Both the position numbers and the translations under genes were made by a program. The notes beneath the pieces were generated by a model that did not search any database, was not told the DNA's origin, and saw only the letters and a program-made list of their open reading frames with translations. A stretch of DNA of 63,789 bases, filler included, from Octopus bimaculoides (taxonomy: Eukaryota): assembly GCF_001194135.2 (NCBI RefSeq). It is 7 parts of 7 records of this genome, joined end to end, with 100 filler letters (N's around TTAATTAATTAA, not from the genome) between each part and the next. Parts side by side here need not be neighbours in the genome. Positions count along the whole stretch, not along the records: positions 37,114 to 42,954 come from NC_068994.1; positions 43,055 to 47,158 come from NC_068981.1; positions 47,259 to 58,416 come from NC_068996.1; 4 more parts are not named here. One strand, written 5' to 3'. Every line of letters begins with the position of its first letter. The stretch's first letter is position 1. Shown one piece after another: positions 37,891 through 51,290 of the stretch.

Positions 37891-39251
37891 NNNNNNNNNN
37901 NNNNNNNNNNNNNNNNNNNNNNNNNNNNNNNNNNNNNNNNNNNNNNNNNNNNNNNNNNNNNNNNNNNNNNNNNNNNNNNNNNNNNNNNNNNNNNNNNNNN
38001 NNNNNNNNNNNNNNNNNNNNNNNNNNNNNNNNNNNNNNNNNNNNNNNNNNNNNNNNNNNNNNNNNNNNNNNNNNNNNNNNNNNNNNNNNNNNNNNNNNNN
38101 NNNNNNNNNNNNNNNNNNNNNNNNNNNNNNNNNNNNNNNNNNNNNNNNNNNNNNNNNNNNNNNNNNNNNNNNNNNNNNNNNNNNNNNNNNNNNNNNNNNN
38201 NNNNNNNNNNNNNNNNNNNNNNNNNNNNNNNNNNNNNNNNNNNNNNNNNNNNNNNNNNNNNNNNNNNNNNNNNNNNNNNNNNNNNNNNNNNNNNNNNNNN
38301 NNNNNNNNNNNNNNNNNNNNNNNAGTATTTATATTTTGGTTACTTTCTAAGTGGCGCATGGCTCTGTGGTTAGTGTCGGACTCACAATCATGAGGTATTT
38401 AGTTCGATTCCCGGACCGGGTTGTGTGTTGTGTTCTTGAGCAAGACACTTTGCGCCAGTTTACTCAGCTGTAGAAATAGGTTGCGTCATCACTGATGCCA
38501 ATCTGCATCGGCCTGGAAGGACCATTGACAAGGAAAGGAGATTATGAAGAAGGGTGGAAAAAGCTGAAATGTGACAAGAACAGTGGCAGAAAACTGCTGG
38601 TTGGAGAGAACGGGTTTCGGCCTTATTTGCTTCTTGTCATGGAGAGAACAAACTAACTAAATTCTGTTATGTCTTTCCCTTAATAGAGATGTCCGAGACG
38701 GAACGGGGCATAAGCTTTTGCTAATAAATCGTTGATGGCGTGGAGATATAGCTGGTGTTTGTCTCTTTGAGAACAACCGTATAAATGGACGGTCACACAA
38801 ATACACACTAACACACACGCATGCACACACACACATACACATATACAGATGCAATCACACCGATATGCTCAGATGTACAAACACACACACACACTCATGC
38901 ATCCATATATTGACAGTCACACACATACACAAACGGAGTCACAAATACACACATGTACATAGGCACACACATTCACACATACACACACACACGCAGGCAC
39001 AGTGATATATACTAATGTATTAATATGCAGTTACACACACAAATACACACACACGCACAAGTACCACAAGAAACTCCACCAGGCGGCCTACATTTTGACC
39101 TACATCATGGGACTTTCTCCACATACATTTCCTACTTCCCTTTCTTTTCCCCACCGTCGCCATCTTCTTATCTTCATCGATTTATCTTCCTTTCTTTCTG
39201 TCTCCTTTTCACACATTCACTCATTCTCTCTTTCTTTCTCTCTCTCTCTAA

Positions 39252-39308
<57 letters not shown>

Positions 39309-39888
39309 NNNNNNNNNNNNNNNNNNNNNNNNNNNNNNNNNNNNNNNNNNNNNNNNNNNNNNNNNNNNNNNNNNNNNNNNNNNNNNNNNNNNNNNNNNNN
39401 NNNNNNNNNNNNNNNNNNNNNNNNNNNNNNNNNNNNNNNNNNNNNNNNNNNNNNNNNNNNNNNNNNNNNNNNNNNNNNNNNNNNNNNNNNNNNNNNNNNN
39501 NNNNNNNNNNNNNNNNNNNNNNNNNNNNNNNNNNNNNNNNNNNNNNNNNNNNNNNNNNNNNNNNNNNNNNNNNNNNNNNNNNNNNNNNNNNNNNNNNNNN
39601 NNNNNNNNNNNNNNNNNNNNNNNNNNNNNNNNNNNNNNNNNNNNNNNNNNNNNNNNNNNNNNNNNNNNNNNNNNNNNNNNNNNNNNNNNNNNNNNNNNNN
39701 NNNNNNNNNNNNNNNNNNNNNNNNNNNNNNNNNNNNNNNNNNNNNNNNNNNNNNNNNNNNNNNNNNNNNNNNNNNNNNNNNNNNNNNNNNNNNNNNNNNN
39801 NNNNNNNNNNNNNNNNNNNNNNNNNNNNNNNNNNNNNNNNNNNNNNNNNNNNNNNNNNNNNNNNNNNNNNNNNNNNNNNNNNNNNNNG

Positions 39889-40184
39889 ACGACGAGGGTT
39901 CCTGTTGATCTGATCAACGAAACAGCCTGAGTACTCCGCAGACACGTGTAATCGAGGAGATTCAGCGTGACACAGAGTGTGATAAGGCTGGCCTTTTGAA
40001 ATACAGATACAGCAGAAACAGGAAGAAAAGGTGAGAGAAAGTTGTGGTGAAAGAGTACAGCAGGGTTCACCACCACCCCCTGCCGGACCCTCGTGGAACT
40101 TTAGGCGTTTTCTCTCAATAAACACTCACAACGCCCGGTCTGGGAATCGAAACCGCAATCCTACGACCGCGAGTCCGCTGCCCT
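39889..40184 (-). mobile_element. SINE family C copy with internal deletion
   Basis: Head AGGGCAGCGGACTCGCGGTCGTAGGATTGCGGTTTCGATTCCCAGACC (reverse complement at about 40137-40184), followed by the family C body. Confidence 0.88.
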
Positions 40185-41499
40185 AATGAAAACACACACA
40201 CAAACAACTCATACACATACAAACATGTATATATAGGCACAAACGTATATACAGATACGTACATGCATACGTACGTACACGCATTCACCTTTTCTTGGTG
40301 TGTCTCTCAGAACGGAAAATTGAGCAACGCAACCTTGCTTGTGACATTACTGCTTCATAGATAATTGCTTTATAAAACACCCGTTACCTTTCGTAGCTAC
40401 AACTGAAAGCTGACGTCACAAATCGTTCGACCAATCATAAGATTCTTTCGTATCTTACCGGACTTCATTTTTGTAGGATCGGATATAATTAATATGATTC
40501 AATTTATGCATTAAAAGCTTGTTAACTAAAATATATTATTAGTTTTTCAGTTTTTTACTGCTGTTTTTTTTTTAAGCAATAACTGGAGATATAAAGTAGG
40601 TTTTTTTACATTCGAGAGAGATGTAGCTGTTGGGAATACACCAAGGTCATTAACAAGCCAGTGTTTGGGGGTCCTGCAAGATTTGGTTAGGATTCTACTA
40701 TGTAATATGATTGCATTCAGACACACACACACCTGTATAGCTTTATAATTATATAGCAAAAATGTAGCACAAACAAGCAACAACAAAATATGCAGGAAAA
40801 ACAAAAATATAGAACACGAACGGACGCGCATAAATCTGATTCTTTCTTCAGTGGTCAATTGAAAATCATTAGAATATATATATATATATATANNNNNNNN
40901 NNNNNNNNNNNNNNNNNNNNNNNNNNNNNNNNNNNNNNNNNNNNNNNNNNNNNNNNNNNNNNNNNNNNNNNNNNNNNNNNNNNNNNNNNNNNNNNNNNNN
41001 NNNNNNNNNNNNNNNNNNNNNNNNNNNNNNNNNNNNNNNNNNNNNNNNNNNNNNNNNNNNNNNNNNNNNNNNNNNNNNNNNNNNNNNNNNNNNNNNNNNN
41101 NNNNNNNNNNNNNNNNNNNNNNNNNNNNNNNNNNNNNNNNNNNNNNNNNNNNNNNNNNNNNNNNNNNNNNNNNNNNNNNNNNNNNNNNNNNNNNNNNNNN
41201 NNNNNNNNNNNNNNNNNNNNNNNNNNNNNNNNNNNNNNNNNNNNNNNNNNNNNNNNNNNNNNNNNNNNNNNNNNNNNNNNNNNNNNNNNNNNNNNNNNNN
41301 NNNNNNNNNNNNNNNNNNNNNNNNNNNNNNNNNNNNNNNNNNNNNNNNNNNNNNNNNNNNNNNNNNNNNNNNNNNNNNNNNNNNNNNNNNNNNNNNNTTA
41401 TATTTCTGCTGCTTTTAAATAAAGTATATATATATATATATATTTCAAATACGTGTATTTGCGGATATAATATATATGTGTGTATGTATGTATGTATGT

Positions 41500-41558
<59 letters not shown>

Positions 41559-42317
41559 CAAATATATGTGTATATATATATAGGGAGAGAGAGGGAGAGA
41601 GAGGGAGAGAAAGAGTCTGTCAGACAGACAGACCGACAGACAGAGACATCCATACATACATACATCCATACATCCATACATACATGTATGCATATATGCA
41701 TCCATATGCGCATACATGTGTGTATATACGTCTATCTATGCGTATCCCTATCCATCTGTCTTCGTCTACTTCTCTGCCTGCTGCTCCCTCTGTCTGACGT
41801 TATCTATAATAGTCTGGTAAGGTGGAATGCTATGCGAGTCGTTGTGATGTTTCGTCAACCAGTCGGCTGACAGTTGTCTAACTATCTGTCTTTTGATAAC
41901 ATATCATCGCCAATTCTCTGAAAACAAAAGCGGAAGAAAGCCTTTTACACGTTCACTCGACCTGCTAAAAACAACGACCAAATCCCCGCCTGAATTCATA
42001 TTGAACTTTCTTTAGGAAGAAAAACACATTGAAAAATATCGTTCTCAATATAGTTTATAATATTTCAGTCCTTATGTCTATAGTAAAAAAAAAGGATTAA
42101 TACTGTCTCCTTATACACCTCTATCTCTTCCACTCAGGTATGTTAATTAATGACTAGTTAAGCTGAACACGTTTTATTAACTTTAACAAGATTGCAATGG
42201 CGATGAGAAGAGTAGAAACACTGACGACCTCGTTACATTTCCGGTTACTTATCTCTCACCGCTTCACCTTCTCTCTCGTTTTCTCTTTGTATCCTTTTTC
42301 TATTTCCTTTTCCCCCC

Positions 42318-42349
<32 letters not shown>

Positions 42350-42897
42350 CCTTCACCTGCAAGATATTTGCATTTAACAGTCTGAGACTTACGAACAATG
42401 ACGCCACTGTTATAGAAAAGTATTCTCTTGGATTCAATCACGTCATTACAAGCTTGTCATTGTAAACTTGTGACTGTGAATTGAAGTCATAATATATTCG
42501 TGACCTCACTACAAGACTAAAACGGACTATAAGACTTCACTATTAGACTATGACATCCTTTTTTTCAATCAGAAACTTCAATTTCCTTTACTCGTTGCAT
42601 GGTTAAGGTCGTTGATAAATAATTCTTAGTTCATTAGATTACTCGTACATATCTAAGCCCCAGTTTATCACTATACGCTTACCACGACACTATAAGCTAA
42701 TTACGTCACTATAAGCTAATTACGTCTCACACGCTAATTATGTCATCCAAAGTAATGGAACAACATCGTATAATTAAATCTAAAGACTTAATTATACGAT
42801 ATGTTTGCGTCTTTATATATATACATATATACTTGTGTGCGTGTATGTATGTATGTGTGAGTGTGTATATGTATATGTGTATTTATGTGCGCGTGTG

Positions 42898-42954
<57 letters not shown>

Positions 42955-43054
42955 NNNNNNNNNNNNNNNNNNNNNNNNNNNNNNNNNNNNNNNNNNNNTT
43001 AATTAATTAANNNNNNNNNNNNNNNNNNNNNNNNNNNNNNNNNNNNNNNNNNNN
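42955..43054. other. Artificial 100-bp scaffold spacer
   Basis: 44N-TTAATTAATTAA(42999-43010)-44N. Confidence 0.95.
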
Positions 43055-43156
43055 AGAAGAAGAAGAAGAAGAAGAAGAAGAAGAAGAAGAAGAAGAAGAA
43101 GAAGAAGAAGAAGAAGAAGAAGAAGAAGAAGAAGAAGAAGAAGAAGAAGAAGAAGA
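43055..43156. repeat. (GAA)n microsatellite
   Basis: About 33 perfect units; another (GAA)n lies at about 32985-33030. Confidence 0.95.
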
Positions 43157-43569
43157 AAATAAGGTGGGAGTGCTATGATTGTTGTAGGATGTTAAATTGT
43201 CAAGTGCAATGAAAGTGACTTGTTGTACATGGTAGTAGTGATCAAATTCTTGAGATCTCCTTTGAATGTATTGTTTATATTTGCATAGGTGTTATTCTAA
43301 ACAGCAGTAGTAGTAAAGTAAGGAAGGGGATGGCGGGTAGGAAGAAGAAGACGAAGAAGAAGGATACAGAGAAGAAGAGACTGAATAATAAGAGAATGCA
43401 GGATGGTAGGATGTTAAATGGTCAAATGACCTATAAGTGGATCGTTGTGAATTATAGCAGTGATCGGGACTGATTTTAATGAATTCTTGGATATCTTTTT
43501 TCAATGTTTTTTTTTAATATTTGCGAGTGTTATTCTAAGATCGCGGTAGATATGTTATTTGTTGTAGAT

Positions 43570-43800
43570 GCGTTCAAAAGGGGTCTGTATTTTGTAATAA
43601 AGAGAAACTCTTTACGAATTCGTTGGCTACAGGTTGTGTCCTCCCTGAATTGATAGAGGGGGAAATTCTGAAGCCTGGATTTTGGTTATTGGTGCAAATG
43701 TCGATGTGTTGGCTGGATGCTATTTTTCTGTTTTGGGAATTTTGATCTGGGATCTGTGCAGAGCCATCCTTTGACATAGGCTGTTGTTTGTTTGGAAATA
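43570..43800 (-). mobile_element. Penelope-like element GIY-YIG endonuclease C-terminal fragment, degenerate
   Basis: With frameshifts the minus strand reads QTNNSLCQRMALHRSQIKIP..RKIASSQHIDICTNNQNPGFRI.P[L]YQFREDTTCSQRIRKEFLFITKYRPF.LNA. This fits the (YIG)QT...L..R...H...I...E..FI..Y.P.LN pattern of PLE GIY-YIG domains. Upstream sequence to about 44240 may belong to the same element. Confidence 0.65.
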
Positions 43801-44937
43801 GTTTAATAATATTTATTTTTGTGTATTTTTATCATAATTATTAAATTGTTGAAAAGTATGTACTTTTTTAGAATATTAGGTAATAAAAGTTGAATAGCGA
43901 TGGCTGCACCGTGAACCAGTATGTATAGTTTTTTGTTAAACTTTACTATGTGGTTCTTCAAGGTGGTTTTTACACTGTCCCCTTTTGCATGTGCAATCAT
44001 TTCTTTCACCTGATTGTTGTTCTCAGGGTTTGGGGCGCGTGCGGCCCAGCCACTCCAGCACTTTCTGGTGCTTTTCTTCACTGCTGAAGTGATAGTGGGT
44101 GGTCTTCCCTTCTGTAACTTCATGGGGCAGAAACACTGAGGTCATGGTCATCAAAATATTCACTTTTGTAGCTTAGTCTAAGGAGGAGGCCCAGTTCCCT
44201 CGTATTTACCTTATAGAACTCTACTCTCACTACACAATCTGTGATGTCGTTGGAGTGGTTTCATNNNNNNNNNNNNNNNNNNNNNNNNNNNNNNNNNNNN
44301 NNNNNNNNNNNNNNNNNNNNNNNNNNNNNNNNNNNNNNNNNNNNNNNNNNNNNNNNNNNNNNNNNNNNNNNNNNNNNNNNNNNNNNNNNNNNNNNNNNNN
44401 NNNNNNNNNNNNNNNNNNNNNNNNNNNNNNNNNNNNNNNNNNNNNNNNNNNNNNNNNNNNNNNNNNNNNNNNNNNNNNNNNNNNNNNNNNNNNNNNNNNN
44501 NNNNNNNNNNNNNNNNNNNNNNNNNNNNNNNNNNNNNNNNNNNNNNNNNNNNNNNNNNNNNNNNNNNNNNNNNNNNNNNNNNNNNNNNNNNNNNNNNNNN
44601 NNNNNNNNNNNNNNNNNNNNNNNNNNNNNNNNNNNNNNNNNNNNNNNNNNNNNNNNNNNNNNNNNNNNNNNNNNNNNNNNNNNNNNNNNNNNNNNNNNNN
44701 NNNNNNNNNNNNNNNNNNNNNNNNNNNNNNNNNNNNNNNNNNNNNNNNNNNNNNNNNNNNNNNNNNNNNNNNNNNNNNNNNNNNNNNNNNNNNNNNNNNN
44801 NNNNNNNNNNNNNNNNNNNNNNNNNNNNNNNNNNNNNNNNNNNNNNNNNNNNNNNNNNNNNNNNNNNNNNNNNNNNNNNNNNNNNNNNNNNNNNNNNNNN
44901 NNNNNNNNNNNNNNNNNNNNNNNNNNNNNNNNNNNNN

Positions 44938-44972
<35 letters not shown>

Positions 44973-45230
44973 TATATTTATTATATATGTATTGTATGTA
45001 TTATATATATAGTATATATATTATATATGTATTATATATTATATATATACTGTATATACATATTATATATATATATTGTATGTATGCATATATATCTTTA
45101 TGTATCTAGTAGAGTCAACGTTTATATATGCTTATGTAAGTAAGCATACACACTCATATATATATATACAGGCACACGTATGCATATATGCATACATATG
45201 TGTGTGTGTGTATCCCTGCACATATGTATG

Positions 45231-45298
<68 letters not shown>

Positions 45299-47022
45299 TT
45301 CAGTATTATCAATGTGTGCCTATTAAATCTATAACCTAAGGCGGAGTATATTATGTTTACATATAGCTGCTTTTTTCAAAAAGAATTATTAACTCCTGTT
45401 GCCTTAGAGATAATTTTCGCACACCCATACTCGCCAACACACACACACACACACACACACAAAGATATATGTGTATATTTACATATATACACTTACGTAT
45501 TTATATACACATATACATTATGTAAGATATATATATGTATACATACTTTAATTCGTGTACTGAGGTGGCGAAAGTTTGTTAGTACACGTAATTATATCAT
45601 CTAAAGCTATTACTTGTTAAATACACACACATATACATAAACATTAGCAATTGTATACGTACACGTCTTTTCGGCAAAAATTCTTTTGAAATTCAGTAAG
45701 AACCAAAACTTTTGATATTTCTATAGTTTCTCTTTATTTTAATTTTATTATTTTTCTTGACTACAAAGTGTAATTGGATTTTTCATATAAAAGCGATTTG
45801 AAAGTTTTGTTGTGTTTCGATTCGTAAAGTATGTCAAGAAATCTATATTGCAGCACATCGTTCTAACCATTAACACAACGTATAAGCCATTAAAAATCCA
45901 ACGAAAGAGGGCCCTGTTTGTTACGTCATACTGTGCAAAGTGAATTAATCCATTCTACCTCTATATGCAACAAGCCTGAAATTTTTTGAGGGGTGAGGGA
46001 GGGGGCTAGTCAATTACGCTGACTGGTACTTTTTTATCGACCACGAAAGGATGAATAACAATGTCGACCTCTGCAGAATCTGAACTCAGAACGTATAGAA
46101 AGATGACATACTGCTAAGCATTTTGCCTGGCGTGGTAACGATTCTGCCAGTTTACCACAGACAATTTTTTAAATAATCCTTTTTATCGTAGACTGAAGAC
46201 CTGAGAATTTGGTTGAGGGAGAAAGTCGATTGCAATAATCTCGGTGATCAACTGGTACTTTTTTCATCGACTCAGGAAGCGTGAAGGACAAAGTCGACCT
46301 CGGCAGGATTCGAACTCTGTTACCTGAAATAATGAAACGATAAAAGAACATTATAAATCGTAATCCAGAATACCATTCAATTACAGGATGGCCACGTCGA
46401 GAATATCTTTCATCACATGTATAATCACCATACTTTAATCTGGCTCTAAATAGCTATAACAATATTAACAGTATCTAGGTCACAAACCCGAAGTAATCCT
46501 CTTAGAAATATCACTTATACTCAATCACATCGATCTGCGTTAAATGAGTGGGAGAATCTATGTCTGAAAAAAGCGAACGTTCATAAGGTTACGTTTTTGA
46601 TCATAAATTTCCTAGACGATGGCTGAACTTAAGCTAAGACAATAATATCAGAAAATATTACGTCATGTTGATGTTTTGTTCAATAGTAAGTTTTTAACTC
46701 AGCTAAAGAAATACTCGTTTAATAATTTCTCTAGTTTTTTCTGTCAGGATTCAAAAAGGTTTCCATCTTACCTTACATATGTGAGGATCTTTGTGTTTTT
46801 AACTCAAGCTAGAATTACACACTTGTATAGTTTTTTTAGCAACTATTACATATTAAATATATCAATGCACCTTGTATGCGTCATATGTGTTTGTGCATGT
46901 GTGTGTGTGCATCTATTCATAAGTTGTCAATATCAAATGAGTATGAGGTAATCCTGTTCAGTCTTTTCAATGCTTACTATATTAGTTTTGGTTGCGAAAT
47001 AATTGCATGCCGATATAAACAT

Positions 47023-47064
<42 letters not shown>

Positions 47065-47119
47065 GCTCGCTCGGTCACTCGCTCTCTTCCTTTCTCTCTC
47101 TCTGTATATATATACATAC

Positions 47120-47158
<39 letters not shown>

Positions 47159-47258
47159 NNNNNNNNNNNNNNNNNNNNNNNNNNNNNNNNNNNNNNNNNN
47201 NNTTAATTAATTAANNNNNNNNNNNNNNNNNNNNNNNNNNNNNNNNNNNNNNNNNNNN
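47159..47258. other. Artificial 100-bp scaffold spacer
   Basis: 44N-TTAATTAATTAA(47203-47214)-44N. Confidence 0.95.
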
Positions 47259-47536
47259 GGGGGGGGTTATTTATTTTTTTGAAAAATTGAAATTTTACTA
47301 TTTTTTTTTTCAGAATCACAATCTCCGTATTTTTTACGTATTTCGCCCCACGAATTTTTTTTTAAAAAGTGAAAATTTAAGAAGTTTGAGGGTGGGGGTG
47401 CAGATTCGGAATTTCTGCCCTCAACATAGTGTGTTCCTCTGTAAAAAAAAAAAAAAAATCCAAAAAGGCGATCATTCCACTTTTGTTGCATTTGAACCTA
47501 GCTCCTATTTCCGTTAGATCTATGCAAGAAAAAACT

Positions 47537-47781
47537 TTCTCGTCTGGAAAACCCATGACAGTACTTTAAATAAATTTAAAAATTGCTATAGGCTTCAAGA
47601 AGTTTCACTGAAAATCTACGCATGTGGTGCCCAAAAGGGTTGTTTAATTCGTTTGACGCGTGCGCAAACGAATTTAACCCTTTTGGTCATCACATGCGTC
47701 GATTTTCATTGAAAACCTCTCGAAGCTTATAAGGACTTTTAAATTTATTTAAAGTATTGTCATGGGTTTTCCCTACGAGAA
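47537..47781. repeat. About 245-bp imperfect palindrome (foldback/MITE-like)
   Basis: Outer arms TTCTCGTCTGGAAAACCCATGACAGTACTTTAAATAAATTTAAAA versus TTTTAAATTTATTTAAAGTATTGTCATGGGTTTTCCCTACGAGAA; inner arms ATTCGTTTG / CAAACGAAT around a 9-nt centre ACGCGTGCG (about 47656-47664). Confidence 0.92.
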
Positions 47782-48549
47782 TGATCATAGGCCTGTTCTA
47801 TCATTGTTAACCTGTGGCTAAACATCAAAACAACTGAAAGACAGCTTTCAGTGGTCCTTCAACTGTCAGAAATACCAGCCATCACTACTGTCTGTCTTAA
47901 ATAAAGGCAATGTAACCAGAGATTCTCTAAAAAGAGGAGATGGCCACGACTGAAATGCTTTTGATTATTGGCCTGATCTGGGTTAAAAAATAACACCGAT
48001 ATATCCCACGAACAAACGAGAAAGTCTGAACGTGGACGTCCGAACTTAGCAAGCAAATTTCGTTTAAGATCACACTGGGAAACAATGTAGTTTCAGATAC
48101 CCAAGAAAAATAAAAGAAAAGAAAGGGTGATTACAGGTCGAATACTCTTGGTTGGAGGTCTGTTCGATCACAGTTGATTGAGTATGAACAACAAACTATA
48201 TATTCAAAGATAGTATGAATGAATAAAACAAAAATAACAAACAAAATTGGATGGCCACAGATAGAAGGTTTTTCATCAGATCTGCTCACAACACGGCAGC
48301 ATATCAACAGATAATTTACAATAAATGTACACGATAAAAAAAGTAAACAAGTTGACTGCGGTAGAGATGGACTATATGTAATCTGAACCTTCCCCCCCCC
48401 CTTATTTATTAATGTTTTTTACGGAATCCCACGTTTTAGGCTATGGAGATTCCGATTCTGAAAAAAAAATGTTTTGAAAAATTTCAATCCCCCCACCAAG
48501 CAGGCTATTTACATGCTAGAATTAACAGCCAAATCTCACAAAACTAGTG

Positions 48550-48588
48550 TTAGGGTTAGGTTTAGGGTTAGGGTTAGGGTTAGGGTTA
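48550..48588 (+). repeat. Short interstitial telomeric-type repeat (TTAGGG)n, about 6 units
   Basis: TTAGGGTTAGGTTTAGGGTTAGGGTTAGGGTTAGGGTTA. Confidence 0.9.
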
Positions 48589-50117
48589 CATATACTCCAT
48601 CTCCACCAAATTAGCACTGACAGACCATTATTCTTTTTAGTGTTTATATTCGATGTCTGATGTTTTGAATGCTAAAAAAACAAAATGGTTGTAATTTGTT
48701 GTCATTTTAAGCGATATCTAGTTTAAAGAACTCACCATAAACTCCTTCCATGTTCCCAGAAACACCATTATTCACTTCTTTCACACCAACATGTATTTTC
48801 TTTTGGATGGGAGGTTCAAAAAAAGGGCAGCTACGTTTACCCATTGTACACAAAAAAACCGCGCGAAACACAACAGCGAAAGTGTTGTTACATAAAGCTA
48901 TTTACTGCGTTGGTAGGGAAATGTCGTCACACGAAAATAGACCGATGAAAAATCCAACTTCAGAGGGCGTTAAATAATTAGTCTCTTCTAAAATGGAACC
49001 CAAACCAAAATATATGAGTGTAAAAATAAAAAAAATAAAGATTTTGCAGAGAGCCAATATTAGACGTAATCACCGATTACGATGAGACTTTGCATGACGG
49101 GAAACAAATTGTTCAGATTCCGAGCATACAGGTCTCTAAAAGATTTATTTATTTATTTATTTGTTTATATATTTATTTATAAGTGCTTTCTTTTTTAATA
49201 ACTGTTTTTTCTCTTGAAAATAATTAATGAAGCGCTCCAAGTGTAATTACAACTCATTTAATTAAACTTGACAGTTCCCCTCCCTCCCAGCTAATCGTTT
49301 AAGAAGCTACCTCGCTACCCACATATAGTTGTGGTTAGCTACGAAAAGGTAAACAGTCATCTGAGTTCTGTCTGGTTAAGTACATGAATATTTTTATTAA
49401 TATATCGTCGACTACAAGTAAAGGATCTATTCCATTTGAAGTGGATAAGCAACCAGACGATGTCACTGATTTCAGTACATAATATTTGTATCAGCAAATC
49501 GTTTCTTCTTTTTTTTTTTCGTTGTATTTTATAAAGTTGCTTGAGAGGGGAGTTGAAGCAATCTCCATACTCTTATTCTTTTGTTTGTCATTTGACCGCG
49601 GCCATGCTGGAGCAAATCGACATAAGGACTTATTCTTTGTATGCCTAGTATATCGGTGTCTTTTGCCGAACCGCTAAGTTACGGGGGACGAATACAGACA
49701 AACACACACACACACACACACACATGCACATACACACACACATACACGACGGGCTTCTTTCAGTTTCCGTATACCAAATTCACTCACAACGCTTTGGTCG
49801 GCCCGAGGCTCTAGTGGAAGACACTTGCAAAAAGTGCCACGCAATGGGACTGAAATGGGACTGTAGTAAGCAAGCTGCTTACTACACAGCCACACCTGCG
49901 CCTGTGTTAGCAGTAGTTTAGCTTGAGAGGAAAAACATATTTTCCAAAAGCGACGCCTTTTCAACAGTTTATTAACACCTTAGTTCACCTGAGCGATAAA
50001 GGAAGAATTTTGTTATTTGTTACTCCTTGATTTAAATCTTGGAAGATCCTCTTGAACTTAATATTTTAGTCAACTTAATATTTTAGTCAACTAATGTCTC
50101 AATGTTTTGAACTCTCT

Positions 50118-50257
50118 TGTGATGTGTTGTTCACCGCCGACTGACCCTCGTGCTTCACTGAATGCCTTATGTCCACCGCGGCACTTCCGGTGGGATCCAC
50201 AGGCCCCACTTCCGATAGGACATGCCATTCCCTCACTTCCGATCCTTCCCTACAACA
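50118..50257 (-). repeat. 3' LTR (shortened) of the gypsy element, with PPT-like AGGAGGGCG immediately upstream (50258-50266)
   Basis: Aligns by eye to 54084-54206 (GATGTG.TGTTC.CCGCCGACTGACCCTC...CCTTCCCTACAACA). Confidence 0.85.
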
Positions 50258-50559
50258 CGCCCTCCTGATCTGAAGATCATTCAACCAATCTGCCCATGCC
50301 CTCTTCTCAACCCCGACCACACACCTTAACTTATCTCGTAATCAGCCAACTAGCGAGGAAGGCACCGCTCCCTCTGTGACCGCTGTGGGACTTCAGGACT
50401 GACCTCAATTCCTGGTATGTTGCTACCGGCTTCGTCCTCTTGTCCATTACTGTTGGCCTCATCATCCGTCGCAGTGATGATCCGGCACACATGCAAAACA
50501 TGTCGTGGCATGCCATCTACGGATACGTTGTTCCTCAAATTCGCAGAGGTTATTGTCCT

Positions 50560-51290
50560 CTTTTCTCACTGATGTGCACCGCACATTTGGGGACTTAACC
50601 CAGACTTCTCCGACCTGCACAAAGGCACGCTCTCTCTCTTCTGCGGGACGCGGTGATGCAGTGCATGGATGCCTCTACTTGTACTTGAATATTTCCCTGT
50701 GTGGCACTGACTCCTTAGCCTGTCCCATCCTGGGTGACATATACCAAAAAGCGGCCTCAATTGGTTAGATGTGGCCCCTCACTGCTATGGTCTTGATGGT
50801 ACAATGATGCCTCTCCACAACCCCATTGCCACTTGGCCAGTATGCCGCCCCGAAGAAACAGCTCACATGCCACTTGTTGAGCATTTCCCCCAACACCTCC
50901 GAGTGAAACACAGTGCCATTGTCCACAAGCAGCTCATCCACAGGGCCTCATTCTAGGAATACCTCATTCAGTATTCTTATGATTTTCTCCCCAGTCCCCG
51001 TCTTCATCTCCCTCCATATGGCCAACCACCCCAGTCCGCAGTCGGCCATCGAGAGATATGTCCCATGCCGGTAGTGTGTCACATCCACTGCCAGTTGTTT
51101 CCAGTAGTGTTCCACTGGAATGCTTCTTGCTTCATGCAGACCTGGAGCGGGGTCAATGGACCTGTCAGTGGCACCTGTCGCAGCTCCCAACTACTGTTTG
51201 CACACTCTGCCTAGTCACATCAGAGTCATCTTTCCTGGCTATGAACAGGGTCCAGCCCACCCCCATGTGATGCATGGTATACAATCTCCT
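50560..51290 (-). pseudogene. Gypsy integrase region (HHCC zinc finger and degenerate core)
   Basis: HHMGVGWTLFIARK...VVGSCDRC (end of ORF 51165-51875), then WKQLAVDVTHYRHGTYLSMADCG...AIWREMK (ORF 50948-51190). Confidence 0.8.

Noticed and set aside
46777-46808. 32-nt minus-strand candidate exon LELKTQRSSH+AT with QRSS similarity to the loop microexon
   Set aside because: Mediocre acceptor, three scaffold joins away from the gene, and a four-residue match is expected by chance.
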